Origin: Mobula hypostoma
Taxonomy: Eukaryota
Assembly (NCBI RefSeq): GCF_963921235.1
Contig: NC_086101.1
Coordinates: 4,900,001 to 4,964,000, forward strand
Direction: 5' to 3'
Length of the DNA: 64,000 bases
The notes under the pieces were generated by a model. That model made no database searches. It was not told the origin of the DNA and saw nothing but the letters and a program-made list of their open reading frames with translations. The translations under genes and the position numbers were made by a program. Within the stretch, counting starts at the first letter, position 1. Each line of letters begins with the position of its first letter. Of this stretch, positions 38,401-49,577 are shown in pieces.

Positions 38401-38461
38401 GTTAGATATGGCCCTTGTGGCTACAGGGGTCAGGGGGTATGGAGGGAAGGCTGGGTTCTGA
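35441..38461 (+). CDS. CR1 ORF2p: APE endonuclease plus reverse transcriptase, open frame of about 1000 codons with no upstream AUG
   Basis: Frame opens after TGA 35438-35440. Endonuclease motifs NARS, ITETWL, VYRPP, GDFN, SDH; RT motifs YLDFQKAFD, GVPQGSVLGP, FADD. Confidence 0.95.
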   Translation, partial: GDFKLEWLGGGNQIKAARCEEVSSQQRDGNQCRETEGCKVSVEAKSTKGKSKSGRPTNPGQALKRAKRVVKECLKALCVNARSIRNKVDELKVQIVINDYDIVGITETWLQGDQGWELNVQGYSIFRRDRHEGRGGGVALLVKKEINAIERKDISREDVESIWVELRNTKGQKTLVGVVYRPPNSSSEVGDGIKQEIRNVCNKGTAVIMGDFNLHVDWVNQIGKGAEEEDFLECMRDGFLNQHVEEPTREQAILDWVLSNEEGLISDLVVRGPLGKSDHNMVEFFINMESDVVNSETKVLNLKRGNFEGMRHELAKIDWQMTLQGLTVDMQWQAFKGCMDELQQLFIPVWQKNKSRKVVHPWLTREIRDSINSKEVAYKLARESGSPEDWEKFRVQQRRTKGLIRKGKKDYERKLAENIKTDCKSFYRYVKRKRLIKTNVGPLQTETGELIMGSKDMADQLNNYFGSVFTKEDINNLPEIVRDRGSSEMEELSEIHVSREVVLGKLKGLKADKSPGPDGLHPRVLKEVAQEIVDALVIIFQNSLDSGLVPEDWRVANVTPLFKKGGREKPGNYRPVSLTSVVGKLLESVIKDVITAHLESGEMIGQSQHGFVKGKSCLTNLIEFFEDVTSRVDRGEPVDVVYLDFQKAFDKVPHRRLVCKLKAHGIGGKVLVWVENWLADRKQRVGINGTFSEWQAVTSGVPQGSVLGPQLFTIYINDLDEGIKCGISKFADDTKLGGSVSSEEDAKRMQGDLDRLGEWANSWQMQFNVDKCEVIHFGGKNRKTDYYLNGGRLGKGEVQRDLGVIIHQSLKVGMQVQQAVKKANGMLAFIARGFEYRSREVLLQLYKALVRPHLEYCVQFWSPNLRKDIFAIEGVQRRFTRLIPGMAGLSYEERLDELGLYSLEFRRLRGDLIETYKILKGLDRLDAGRLFPMLGRSRTRGHSLRIEGKPFRTEVRKNFFTQRVVNLWNSLPQQTVEASSLAMFKRKLDMALVATGVRGYGGKAGF

Positions 38462-39233
38462 GTTGGATGATCAGCCATGATCATAATAAATGGCGGTGCA
38501 GGCTCGAAGGGCCGAATGGCCTACTCCTGCACCTATTTTCTATGTTTCTATGTTTCTATATTGGGCTAAATTGGTTTGTCCCATACGGGACCACCCTTGT
38601 CCCGTATTTCCCCTGCTAAGGTACAGCGTTCCTATGAAACCTTTCGTGCCGAAATGGCGTGAAGCAAAGAAGCAATTACCATTAATTTATATGGGAAAAA
38701 TTTTTGAGTGTTCCCACGCCCAAAAAATAACCTAATAAATCATACCAAATAACACATAAAACTGAAAATAAATAACACTAACATATAGTGAAAGCAGGAA
38801 TGATATGATAAATACATAGCCTGTATAAAATAGAAATACTGTATGTACAGTATAGTCAGGAAGATGAAGGCAAAACCGATTGTGGGGGAAGATATCGGCA
38901 TGGACGCGCATGCACACATCATATGCGCACATCACATGCGCACACAGGTGCCCGCGCAAGGCTTCATGGTCATGGTAGTCTTTCCTGGGGTAAAGTGTCC
39001 CGGGATTTGACTGCTGCTTTTGTCCCATATTTGGGAGTGAGAAAGTTGGCAACCCTAACTGTAAAAGACATGTTGAGGTGAGTTTAACCCTACTAGAACA
39101 CCCCCGCTCCCCCGGTCGGCCGGTCCGCAAGAATATTGTCGATATTAAACCGGTCCGCAGTGCAAAAAGGGTTGGGAACCCCTACATTATGGCACCAACA
39201 CAGCATGCCCACCGTGTATGGGGCAAAGCTTAC

Positions 39234-39419
39234 CCAGTTTGAAATGCTCCAGGGTGCGAAACTCTGTCAGTGTGGTCCCGAAGAAATAGTTGGCGATGTA
39301 GATTCGCTCCTGGTTGACGATCGGATCTTTCATCCAGGCTCCTTGCGCCCGGCCATAGCTATTGTGGATCGTGGGGCTGCCAATCATCACTGGCGTTCCG
39401 ACACAGCCATCTTCCTGGA
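39234..39419 (-). CDS. OLFML2-family exon, start of olfactomedin domain, 186 bp, phase 1-1, (I)QEDGCVGTPVMIGSPTIHNSYGRAQGAWMKDP...EFRTLEHFKL(G)
   Basis: YGR..GAWMKDP motif. (CT)n polypyrimidine tract plus ctag acceptor; donor G|gtaag; in phase with the terminal exon. Confidence 0.93.
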
Positions 39420-39494
39420 CTAGAACCCAGAGAGAGAGAGAGGGAGACAGTGTTCAGGTGAACTTGATCTCTTCCAGGTGCTGCGATTTGGGAT

Positions 39495-40205
39495 ACAAAC
39501 CAAGGTGGAACTTCCACGGTGAATGGTAGGGCACTGAGGAGTGCGGTAGAACAGAGGGATCAGGGATCCATAATCCCTTCAAAGTGCTGTCTCAGGTAGA
39601 TAGTGTCGTAAGGGGACCTTTTGGCAGATTGCCCTTCAAAAATGAAAGTGTTGAGCACAGGAGATGAGTTGTTATGTTGAAGTTGTATAAAATGTTGGTA
39701 AGGCTAGATCTGGAGTATTGTGTGCAGTTTTTGGTCACAGGAAAGATGCAAATAAGTTTGAAAGAGTACAGAGAAAATTTGCAAAGTGTTGCAGGGACTT
39801 GAGGACCTGAGATATAGGGAAAGGCTGAACTTTATTCCCTGGAGCATAGGAGAATGAGGGGAGGTTTGGCAGAGGTGTACAAAATTATGGAGGGTATGAT
39901 TAGGATGAATGCAAGAAGAATTTTTCCACTAAAGTTGGACAAGACTAGAACTAGAGGTCATAGGTTAAGGGTGGAAGGTGAAATGCTTAAGGGGAACATG
40001 AGGAGCAACTTCTTCACTCAGAGTGTGGAACGAGCTGCTGGCAGAGGTGGTGGATTGTGGGTCGATTGCAATATTTAAGAGAAGTTTGGACAAGTACGTG
40101 GATGGAAGGGGTACAGAGGGCTTTGGTCCAAGTGTGGGTCAGTAGGACTAGGCAGAATAACAGTTCAGCATGAACTAGATGGGCTGAAAGGCCTGTTTCT
40201 GCGTC
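39495..40205 (+). mobile_element. Degenerate CR1 3' fragment
   Basis: LEYCVQF / RRMRG.L.EVYKIM remnants. Confidence 0.75.
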
Positions 40206-40586
40206 TATGACTCAGTTTTGAGTCCAGTTCTTTGGAATGATCAGCGAGGACAGAGCAGAGAGCAGTGGCTGCCATGTCCCTGAGCTCTCACGGTGAAGGA
40301 TCAGTTCAAAGCTCCATTTATTATCAAAGCATGTATCCAATATACAACTCAGAAATTTGTCTTCTCCAGATAGCCACGAAACAACGACAGAACATGAAAA
40401 TCGTTCAGAGGGAAGCATCAGACCCACACCCCTCCATACAATGGCATCCCAATCCTCAACCCCCCAATCCCCACCTCCCCACAAAACAAAACAAGAACAT
40501 CAACCTCCGAAAACACGGTCCCTCCCCTACACAAACTTCTGAGGCATCAACCCCAAGCGCCATCCTCTCGCACAACATAGACTTAC

Positions 40587-40770
40587 TGGTGTTCTTGTTA
40601 TTGCCGGGTGGTCTCCCAAGCACAGCCTCCGGGGTGGAAACTGCTGTCCGATCAGCGGCAGGATGAGATCCCATCGTGGGCTGCGGGTCGGACCCTTGTT
40701 TATGGACAGTGCCCTCCGTGGGCTTGCCGTTCAGAAACGACAGATGGATCTGATTCGCTTTGTCTGTGTC
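40587..40770 (-). CDS. OLFML2-family linker exon, 184 bp, phase 0-1, DTDKANQIHLSFLNGKPTEG...GRPPGNNKNT
   Basis: Acceptor cttttgcag, donor A|gtaagt, open frame. Supplies the phase 0 to 1 bridge between its neighbours. No recognisable homology. Confidence 0.7.
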
Positions 40771-40812
40771 CTGCAAAAGACCAGAACTCCTGTAGAACAG
40801 CAAGGTGCCCGA

Positions 40813-41538
40813 AGGCTGATTTATACTTGTGCGTCAAAGGTACGGTGTAGCAACGTACCCTACGCTGTACTGTACGCCAGCCCTACGCCGTAGCCTAATG
40901 CACACCTCTCCCAAAATGTAACTATGCGTCGCGGCAACGCAGAGCGAACAACTATGACTGGTCCGCTTGGTAGCATCGCATTTCCTCCTACGCTGCAATA
41001 GCTTCCCATTGGGCGACTGAAGGGCAGGGAAGGAACTCTGGCTGAAATGCTTTCCATAAAGCTTTACAGACCTCCGAAATTATGGAGGACCCTGTGCTTG
41101 ACGCCAGTTTGTAGCTAGCTGCTACAGCCTGTTGACTTCCATTGAAGCTAAAACTCGAATGGTGATTGCCAGTCTCTGAGTATACTGTGTGTACACTGAT
41201 GCGAAGTAAATGGTTGGAGACGACAAACCAAATCGTCAAATCTACCTGCTGACATCCGAAAACGTTTGAAATGCATTTCCTCGTCCATGTCTCTCAGTGG
41301 CTGGACAAGCACAGAAAATTCACCCTCCTTCAGTTTCAGTCGCCATTGTTTGCAGTTTGAGTTTCTTCATGTTGAGTTTCAACACAGTGGCATAGAAACC
41401 CCACCGCCAATTAGTGTTTTGGTGGTGAATTGCAGAGCGACGCAGACACTCCAACGCACAAGTATAAATGCTCACAACAGCGTAGCCCAGTTGCGTAGGC
41501 CAAGGCACAAGCTCGTACACACAAGTACAAATCAGCCT
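40813..41538 (-). mobile_element. PIF/Harbinger-like deletion derivative
   Basis: TIRs AGGCTGATTTATACTTGTG ... CACAAGTACAAATCAGCCT followed by TAA. Harbinger transposase N-terminal remnants ([31 protein letters not shown]). Confidence 0.75.
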
Positions 41539-41584
41539 TAACGGTGGAGTTACAATGGAGAAAGTGTTTTCAGCAGCACGAGGC

Positions 41585-42272
41585 TGAGAGTGTCAGATGG
41601 TGATGCAGAGGTGTACAGGAGTGAAACAGATCAGCTCGCTGAGTGGTATCAAAACAACACCAAGGAATTGACTGTGGACTTCAAGAAGAGGAAGTAGAGG
41701 GAACACACTCCAGTCCTCATCGAGGGATCAGCAGTGGAAAGGGTGAGCGGTTTCACGTTCCTGGGTGTCAACGTCTCTAAAGATCTGTCCTGGCCCCAAC
41801 ATATTGATGCAAATACAAAGACAGACACAACAGCAGCTACACTTCACTAGGGGTTGGAGGAAACTTGGGATGACACCAAAGAATGTTGCAAGTTTCCACA
41901 GATGTACTGTGGAGAGCATTCTAACTGTCTGATAGGGGGGTAGGGGGCACTGCACTGGATCAGAAATAAGCTGCAGGAAGTTGTAAACTCAGCCGGCTCC
42001 GTCATGAGCTCTAACCTCCCCAGTTAGCAGGGCACCTTCAAAGGGCGATGTCTCAGAAAGGCAACGTCCATTATTAAGGATGCTCACCAGTCAGGCCAGG
42101 CCCTCTTCTCATTGCTACCACCAGGGAGGAGATACAGAAACCTGATTTATTTAACTCATACATATATCTTTTACTGTAATTTATAGTTTTTATGTATTGC
42201 AATGTACTGCTACTGCAAAACAACAAATTTCACGGCACTTGCCGGTGACATTAAACCCGATTCTGATTCTGA
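41585..42272 (+). mobile_element. Rex1/Babar LINE 3' fragment
   Basis: FTFLGV, FHRCTVESILT and a (CTGATT)n tail. Confidence 0.7.
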
Positions 42273-42447
42273 ATCAGGAGGGGAAGTGAAGGATGTGAAC
42301 GGCCCACACCTTCCAACGATGAAATTAAGTAAAATCTGGTTGGAATTTATGGAAATTTGGATGAAAATGTTGAAGAAATAATGCACGTCTCTGAGAAAAC
42401 TATGCAGAGAGCCAGTGATCGGAGTAGCCAAAGCTCTGGGCCAATAC

Positions 42448-42630
42448 CTTTGCAGGTCCCTGTAGCGGCCGTACCCGATGTTCATGCAGCAGAACGTTGA
42501 GTTTGTTCATCTCCTTCCTCATGTCCCCGATGGTGACGGACAAGTTCTGGTACATTTCCCGGTGCTGGACGACCCTCGCAAACATCTCTCTCAGCTGAGT
42601 GCTGACACTCGGTTTGTTACGGTCCAGTCT
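42448..42630 (-). CDS. OLFML2-family coiled-coil exon, 183 bp, phase 0-0, RLDRNKPSVSTQLREMFARVVQ...DMRKEMNKLNVLL...GPAK
   Basis: Poly-C tract plus catag acceptor; donor AAG|gtattg; heptad character. Confidence 0.8.
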
Positions 42631-42702
42631 CTATGTGTGGGGGGGGGGTGGGCAGGGGGGGAGTGGAAAATAAAAGCAAATTCTGTCGGAAGTGGAAATG
42701 AA

Positions 42703-43282
42703 TTTCTCACTGGTAACAGACCCCCACACCTCAACCTGTGTCTAATAATCATCTAATTTCCCACTGGTAACAGACCCCCACACCTCAACCTGTGTCTAAT
42801 AATCATCTAATTTCCCACTGGTAACAGACCCCCACACCTCAACCTGTGTCTAATAATCATCTAATTTCCCACTGGTAACAGACCCCCACACCTCAACCTG
42901 TGTGTAATCTTCATCTAATTTCCCACTGGTAACAGACCCCCACACCTCAACCTGTGTGTAATCTTCATCTAATTTCCTACTGGTATCAGACCCGCACACC
43001 TCAACCTGTGTCTAATAATCATCTAATTTCCCACTGGTATCAGACCCCCACACCTCAACCTGTGGGTAATCTTCATCTAATTTCCCACTGGTATCAGACC
43101 CCCACACCTCAACCTGTGTGTAATCTTCATCTAATTTCCTACTGGTATCAGACCCGCACACCTCAACCTGTGTGTAATAATCATCTAATTCCCCACTGGT
43201 ATCAGACCCCCACACCTCAACCTGTGTCTAATATTCATCTAATTTCTCACTATATCAGACCCCACACCTCAACCTGTGTCTA
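42703..43282. repeat. Minisatellite, 54-bp unit, about 10-11 copies
   Basis: Unit TTTCCCACTGGTAACAGACCCCCACACCTCAACCTGTGTCTAATAATCATCTAA. Confidence 0.95.
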
Positions 43283-43772
43283 ACAGAGTATCATATCATT
43301 TATAACTGCTAGCAAGGAGAGGCTGAGCACAGGGTGAAATTGCAATCAACAGGATGAGTTGCAATGTAAAAGTGGGACAAAATTGAAAAGGGTGATGAAT
43401 ACAGGACGGAAAGTGTTACATTTGGAAGACACAGTACAGAATAAGGTCGATGAACTTGTAACATTGGCATCTATGAAGTTATAGGCATCACTGAATCATT
43501 GGTCTTAATGTCCAAGGACACACATTGTATCAAAAAGACAGGCAGGAAGTCAGAGGGGGTGGTGTCACTCTGTTGGTAAAAAATGAATCATTAGAAAGAG
43601 GTGTTGAATCATTGTGGGCAGACCTAAGAAACTGCAAGGGTAATAAGACCCTGATGGGAGCTGCATACAGACCTGCATTCAGTAGAAAAGATGTGGTCTA
43701 CACATTACAACGGGAGATAGAAAGATGCATGCCAAAAGGTCAAGGTTACAATTGTCATGGCGTACTTCAATA

Positions 43773-44093
43773 GGGTGTGGGCACGTGGTCAAGTGGTTAA
43801 GGCATTGGACTAGCGATCTGAAGGTCGTGAGTTCGAGCCCCAGCCGAGGCAGCATGTTGTGTCCTTGAGCAAGGCACTTAATCACACATTGCTCTGCGAC
43901 GACACCGGTGCCAAACTCTATGGGTCCTAATGCCCTTTCCTTGGTCAACATCGGTGGTGTGGAGAGGGGAGACTTGCAGCATGGGCAACTGCTGGTCTTC
44001 CATACAACCTTGCCCAGGCCTGCGACCTGGAGAGTGAAGACTTTCCAGGCGCAGATCCACGGTCTCGCAAGACTAACGGATGCCTTTAAATTA
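43773..44093 (+). mobile_element. Full-length tRNA-derived CORE-like SINE with 9-bp TSD, inside a CR1 endonuclease relic (~43310-44215)
   Basis: ACTTCAATA at 43764-43772 and 44094-44102; A and B boxes present. Confidence 0.85.
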
Positions 44094-44455
44094 ACTTCAA
44101 TACGGATGTAGATAGATTGAGAAAATCTGCTGGATTCCAAGAGGGGGGATTTGTAAAATGCTTATGAGGTGGCTTCTCGTGCTTGAGCCCACAATGGGAT
44201 CAGCTATTCTGGGTTGTATCCTCCATTTCCTGGACATCTGCACTCACTGCATCTTCCGACCGCCTTCACAATGATCGAGTTCCTCTTGTCTTACCAGAGT
44301 CTCCTCATTCAACACATCATTCTCTGCAACTACCGCCATCTCCAAAGTGATCTTACCACTAAATCTATCATTACCTCTCCCCCACCCCCCCAATTTCCCT
44401 TAGGGATTGTTCGCTCCATGATTTCCTTGTCCATTCATCTCCCCCCTGGCGCATA

Positions 44456-46037
44456 CAGTGGTGCTAGAAAGTTTGTGAACCCTGTAGAATTTTCTCTATT
44501 TCTGCATACATATGATCCAAAATGTGATCAGATCTTCACACAAGTCCTAAAACTAGATAAAGAGAACCCAATTAAATATACAAGACAAAAACATTAAACT
44601 TGTTCATTTTTTATTGAGAAAAATGATCCAATATTACATGTATTTGTTGGAAAAAGTATGTGAACCTCTGGGGTAATGCCTTCTACAAAAGCTATTTGAA
44701 GATGGGTGTTCCCGTCATTGAGATGAGATTGAAGGTGTGGGTTGTAGAGGTGCCCTCCCCTATAAAAAAGACACAAAGTCAGAACCTGCCCTTCCCAAGA
44801 ATGATCTGTTTACGTACACCATGCCTCGATCAAAACAACTTTCAGAGGACCTTAGAAGAAGAATCGTAGAGATGCATGAAGCTGGAAAAGGCTAGAAAAG
44901 CATTTCTGAAGACCTGAGTGTTCATCAGTCCACAGTAAGAGAAATTGTCGACAAATGGAGGAAATTCAGTACTGTTGCTACTCTCCCTAGGAGTGGGCAT
45001 CCTGCAAAGATCACACCAAGAGCACAACGTGCAATGCTGAAGGAGGTGAAAAAAACCCCAAGGGTATCAGCAAAAGACCTGCAGAAATCTCTAGAACTTG
45101 CTAAAGTCTCTGTTCATGTGTCCACTACAAGAAAAACACTGAACAAGAATGGTGTTCATGGAAAGACACCACGGAGGAAACCACTGCTCTCCAAAACAAT
45201 ATTGTTACACCTCTCAAGTTTGCAAAAGGCCACCTGGATGTTCTACAATGCTTCTGGGACAATGTTCTGCAAACAGATGAGACAAAAGTTGAATTTTTTG
45301 GCAGAAGTGCACATTGCTATGTTTGGAGGGAATAGGGCACAACACACCAACACCAAAACCTCATCCCAACTGGGAAGCAAGGTGGAAGGATCATGGTTTG
45401 GGGCTGCTTTGCTGACTCAGGGCCTGGACAGCTTGCAATCATTGAGGGAACAGAGAATTCAAAGTTGTATCAAGGCATTTTACAGGAGAATGTCAGGGTA
45501 GCAGTCTGTCACCTGAAGCTTATAGAAGCTGGATGATGCAACAAGATAATGATCCGAAAGACAAAAGTAAATCAACAACAGAATGGTTCAAAAAAGAAGA
45601 AAATTTGTGTTTTAGAATGGCCAAGTCCTGACCTAATCCTATAGAAATGTTGTGGAAGGACCTGAAGCAGGCAGTTCATGCAGGGAAACCCACCAACGTC
45701 CCAGAACTGAAGCAGTTTTGTAAGGAGGGATAGCCTAAAATTCCTCCAAGCCGATGTGCAGGACTGATCAATAGTTACCAGAAATGATTGGTTGAAGTTA
45801 GTCACACCAGTTACTGAAAGCAAAGATTCACATACATTTCTCCAACAGATACATGTAATATCGGATCATTTTTTTCAATAAATAAATTAACAAGTACAAT
45901 ACTTTTGTGTTATTTATTTAACTAGGTTCTCCTTACCTAGTTTTAGGGCTTACTTGAAGATCTGATCTCATTTTAGGTCACATTTATGCAGAAATGGAGA
46001 AAATTCTACGGGGTTCACAAACTCTCTAGCACCACTG
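44456..46037 (+). mobile_element. Complete but defective Tc1-like transposon inserted in a Penelope-like relic (44215-46650)
   Basis: TA|CAGTGGTGCTAGAAAGTTTGTGAACCC ... GGGTTCACAAACTCTCTAGCACCACTG|TA with long IRs. Transposase from ATG 44821 has stops and frameshifts. Confidence 0.92.
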
Positions 46038-46654
46038 TATCGCTGCAAGCAGCAGAAAACCTCCTCGCTCACCTCCATTCAGGGCCCCAAACAGTCCTTC
46101 CAGGTGAGGCAACACTTCGCCTGTGAGTCTGTTGATGTCCTCTATTGTATCTGGTGCTTCCTCTACATGGATAAGACCTGTCATTAATTGGGGGACTGTT
46201 TTGGTCAAGCACATCCGCTCCATTCACCCCCATCCACCTAAAGCAGAATTTCCCAGTAGCTGACCATTTTAATTCCGGCGCGTTAGTCTACGGCCTCCTC
46301 TTTTGCCATGATGAGGCCACTCTCAGGCTGGAGAAGCAACACCTCATGTTCTGGGCAGCCTCCAACATGATGGCACGAACATCAGTTTCTCCTTCCCTCT
46401 TCATCAATTTACCCCTCTAGCTTCTTGCCTCTTCTCACCTGCCTATCATCCCCCATCTCCTACTGTTCAATCTCCTCACCTATCAGCTTCCTTTCTCTCT
46501 CCAGCCCTTTACCTCTCCCACCCACCTGGCTTTACCTATCCAGTTTTCCTCCTCCTTGCTCCCCACCTTTTTATTCTGGCGTCTTCCCCCAGAAAGGCCT
46601 TGGCCTGAAATGTCAACAGTTTATTCATTTCCATAAATACTTCTTGACCTACAT

Positions 46655-47120
46655 ATAACATATACAATTACAGCATGGAAATAGGCCATCTCGGCCCTTC
46701 TAGTCCATGCCAAATTCTTACTCTCACCTAGTCCCACCGACCTGCACTCAGCCCATAACCCTCCATTCCTTTCCTGTCCATATAGCTGTCCAATTTAACT
46801 TTAAATGACAATATCGAATCTGCCTCAACCACTTCTGCTGGAAGCTCGTTCCACACCACTCTCTGAGTAAAGAAGTTCCCCCCCATGTTACCCCTAAAAT
46901 TTTGCCCTTTAACTCTCAACTCATGTCCTCTTGTTTGAATCTCCCCCACTCTCAATGGAAAAAGCCTATCCATGTCAAGTCTATCTATCCCCCTCATAAT
47001 TTTAAATACCTCTATCAAGTCCCCCCTCAACCTTCTACGTTCCAAAGAATAAAGACCCAACTTCTTCAACCTTTCTCTGTAACTTAGGAGATGAAACTCA
47101 GAAAACATTCTAGTAAATCT
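46655..47120 (-). mobile_element. CR1 3' fragment
   Basis: LSYRERLKKLGLYSLERRRLRGDLIEVFKIMRG. Confidence 0.85.
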
Positions 47121-48689
47121 AATTGTTCCTACAGAGTTCCTCCAGTATTTTGTGTGTGTTGATTTAGTCGTTATGGATAATGACCATTTGATAAACTGTG
47201 TATGTTTGAATTCCTTACTTGCAAGATCAATCGCCATAGTCATGAGAAACTAGAATCGAACAACCAATGATACTTTGAAGTTGGTAAAGTAGTTGTCTCC
47301 TAGTTTGTCACCTATACTCTTGCAAATTTCCACAGATGTACCTTGGGGAGCATTGTAACTGGTTGCATCACCGTCTGGTGTGGAGGGAGGGGAGGGGCCA
47401 CTGCACAGGATCGGTAAAAGATGCAGGGGGTTGTAAACTCAGCCAGCTCCATCAAGAGCACCAGCCTGCCCACCATTTTCACAAGGCGATGCATCAAAAA
47501 AGATGACATCCATCATTACTGACCCACATCACCCAGAACATGCCTCCTTCCAAATGACTGCAGCCGTTGCTGTGCAAATCGCACCTTACAAAATATCTTT
47601 ATCACAAATTCAGTGCTACAATATACACAAATCAGTGACTAACACAATTACTACACAACTACTAGACAGACAACATTAAACTAAAGTGTTTCCATCTCTA
47701 TCAATGATGGTCCTAATCCCGCTTGGAGCCCAACGGTCCCGGAATGCCTCTACGGTCGCCGTGGGCAGCGCGTGTTCCCTCTCAATGGTTACCTGTGCAC
47801 GAACATACTCGCTAAATATCGCCAGGCAGTCTGCCGGGGCAGATTCCTCTGCCACTCGTTTCCAGGACCCACGGATGGCTGTTTTAGCCAGCCCCAAGAC
47901 AAGGACATCCTCATCCCGGATGTACACAATCTGGATTTGATGGAGACAGCCGTGAGAAACACGGAGGAACACCTGGAGTAGCTTCTGAAATGCCCGCTTC
48001 GCTGCAGCTGCTACTGTGCGATCGAGAATCTCCGGAGACGAAGGCCCCAAATCCTCGGCTTTGCCTATCACCCGTTGCCGGGGCCGGGGTCGAAACGCTC
48101 GGCAGAGATGGTGCTCGGTGCTCAAGAGCTGGTCGGAGGCTCGGAGTTTTCGGACGGACTCGGAGTCGGACTGTGGTCGGATGCTTCCAGGATGCTGCAT
48201 CGACAAGTTGGCGGCGCTGGAGGTTTACCGTCTGTGTGAGATGATGGAACTTTCGAGAGACTCTGAGACTTTTACCGTGCCATGGTCTGTTCTTATCAAA
48301 TTACGGTATTGTTTCGCACTGTTGTAACTATATGTTATAATTATGTGGTTTTTGTTAGTTTTTAAGTCAGTTTGTCATGTGTTTCTGTGATATTATTCTG
48401 GAAAAACATTGTATCATTTCTTAATGCATGCATTACTAAATGACAATAAAAGAGGACTGTGTGTCCTCATAATCTAATCTAATCCCTCCATGCCCCCCCA
48501 TTGCTTACTGGATGACCAAATATAAATAGGATGGGACTAAAATGTAACCAGAAGTCGAGAAGCAGCTCTCGCAGATAAACAAACAGGAGCTGCAACCTCA
48601 CACACTCCACGTACATGTGATACACGGTCTCCTTCAGCCCGCAGAAGTGACATGGGGCTGGGAGGTCTGTGTACAAACTAAGGAACTTG

Positions 48690-49577
48690 TTACAGGGATC
48701 GCTCCCTATGCGACTCCCTTGTTCATTCGTCCCCGCCATCCCTCCCCACTGATCTCCCTCCTGGCACTTATCCGTGTAAGCGGAACAAGTGCTACACATG
48801 CCCTTACACTTCCTCCCTCACCACCATTCAGGGCCCCAAACAGTCCTTCCAGGTGAGGAGACACTTCACCTGTGAGTCGACTGGGGTGATATACTGCGTC
48901 CGGTGCTCCCGGTGCGGCCTTCAATATATTGGCGAGACCCGACGCAGACTGGGAGACCGCTTTGCTGAACACCTACCATCTGTCCGCCAGAGAAAGCAGG
49001 ATCTCCCAGTAACCACATATTTTAATTCCACATCCCCTTCCCATTCTGACATGTCTATCCACGGCCTCCTCTACTGTAAAGATGAAGCCACACTCAGGTT
49101 GGAGGAACAACACCTTATATTCCGTCTGGGTAGCCTCCAACCTGATGGCATGAACATCGACTTCTCTAACTTCCACTAATACCCCACATCTCCCTTGTAC
49201 CCCATCTGTTACTTATTTTTATACACACATTCTTTCTCTCACTCTCCTTTTTCTCCCTCTGTCCCTCTGAATATACCCCTTGCCCGTCCTCTGGGTCCCC
49301 CCACCCCTGCTTGTCTTTCTTCCCGGACCTCCTGTCCCATGATCCTCTCATATCCCTTTTGCCAATCACCTGTCCAGCTCTCGGCTCCATCCCTCCCCCT
49401 CCTGTCTTCTCCTATCATTTTGGATCTCCCCCTCCCCCTCCCACTTTCAAATCCCTTACTCACTCTTCCTTCAGTTACTCCTGACGAAGGGTCTCGGCCT
49501 GAAACGTCGACTGTACCTCTTCCTACAGATGCTGCCTGGCCTGCTGCGTTCACCAGCAACTTTGATGTGTGTTGCTT
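48690..49577 (+). mobile_element. Well-preserved Penelope-like 3' segment (GIY-YIG endonuclease plus terminal repeat)
   Basis: ORF 48853..49179: FTCESTGVIYCVRCSRCGLQYIGETRRRLGDRFAEH ... EEQHLIFRLGSLQPDGMN. Confidence 0.9.
49476..49513 (+). ncRNA. Minimal type I hammerhead ribozyme motif in the Penelope terminal repeat
   Basis: CUGACGA (49481-87) AGG gucucgg CCU GAAA (49501-04) CG UC GACUG. Stem I has one mismatch. Confidence 0.7.

Larger units (their letters stand above)
34122..38556 (+). mobile_element. Full-length intact CR1 LINE, antisense within the last intron of the OLFML2-family gene
   Basis: GC-rich 5' UTR, two uninterrupted ORFs, 3' UTR ending in (TTTCTATG)n, possible TATA TSD. Confidence 0.95.
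33949..39184. mobile_element. hAT (Charlie-like) non-autonomous element with 8-bp TSD, containing a second TIR pair (34079-39057) and the full-length CR1
   Basis: CAGCGGTCCCCAACC ... GGTTGGGAACCCCTA flanked by CATTACGG / CATTATGG. Inner perfect TIR TAGGGTTGCCAAC ... GTTGGCAACCCTA. Confidence 0.85.

Noticed and set aside
35476..38484. Several antisense ORFs over the intact CR1, and most other short ORFs in the track
   Set aside because: Shadow frames of TE coding sequence or low-complexity DNA, with no independent motifs.
42703..43282. Regular repeats that might suggest a CRISPR array (also 56462-57762)
   Set aside because: Units are contiguous with no unique spacers, there are no cas genes, and the context is vertebrate. 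These are minisatellites.
42954..43283. Repetitive 109-aa ORF (NLHLISHWYQTPTPQPV)n
   Set aside because: A by-product of a 54-bp unit divisible by three; no true start codon or splice support.
43773..43850. tRNA-like sequence with A and B boxes (also ~24640-24715 and ~25655-25730)
   Set aside because: It continues into a CORE-like body and tail and has a TSD, so it is a SINE head rather than a tRNA gene.
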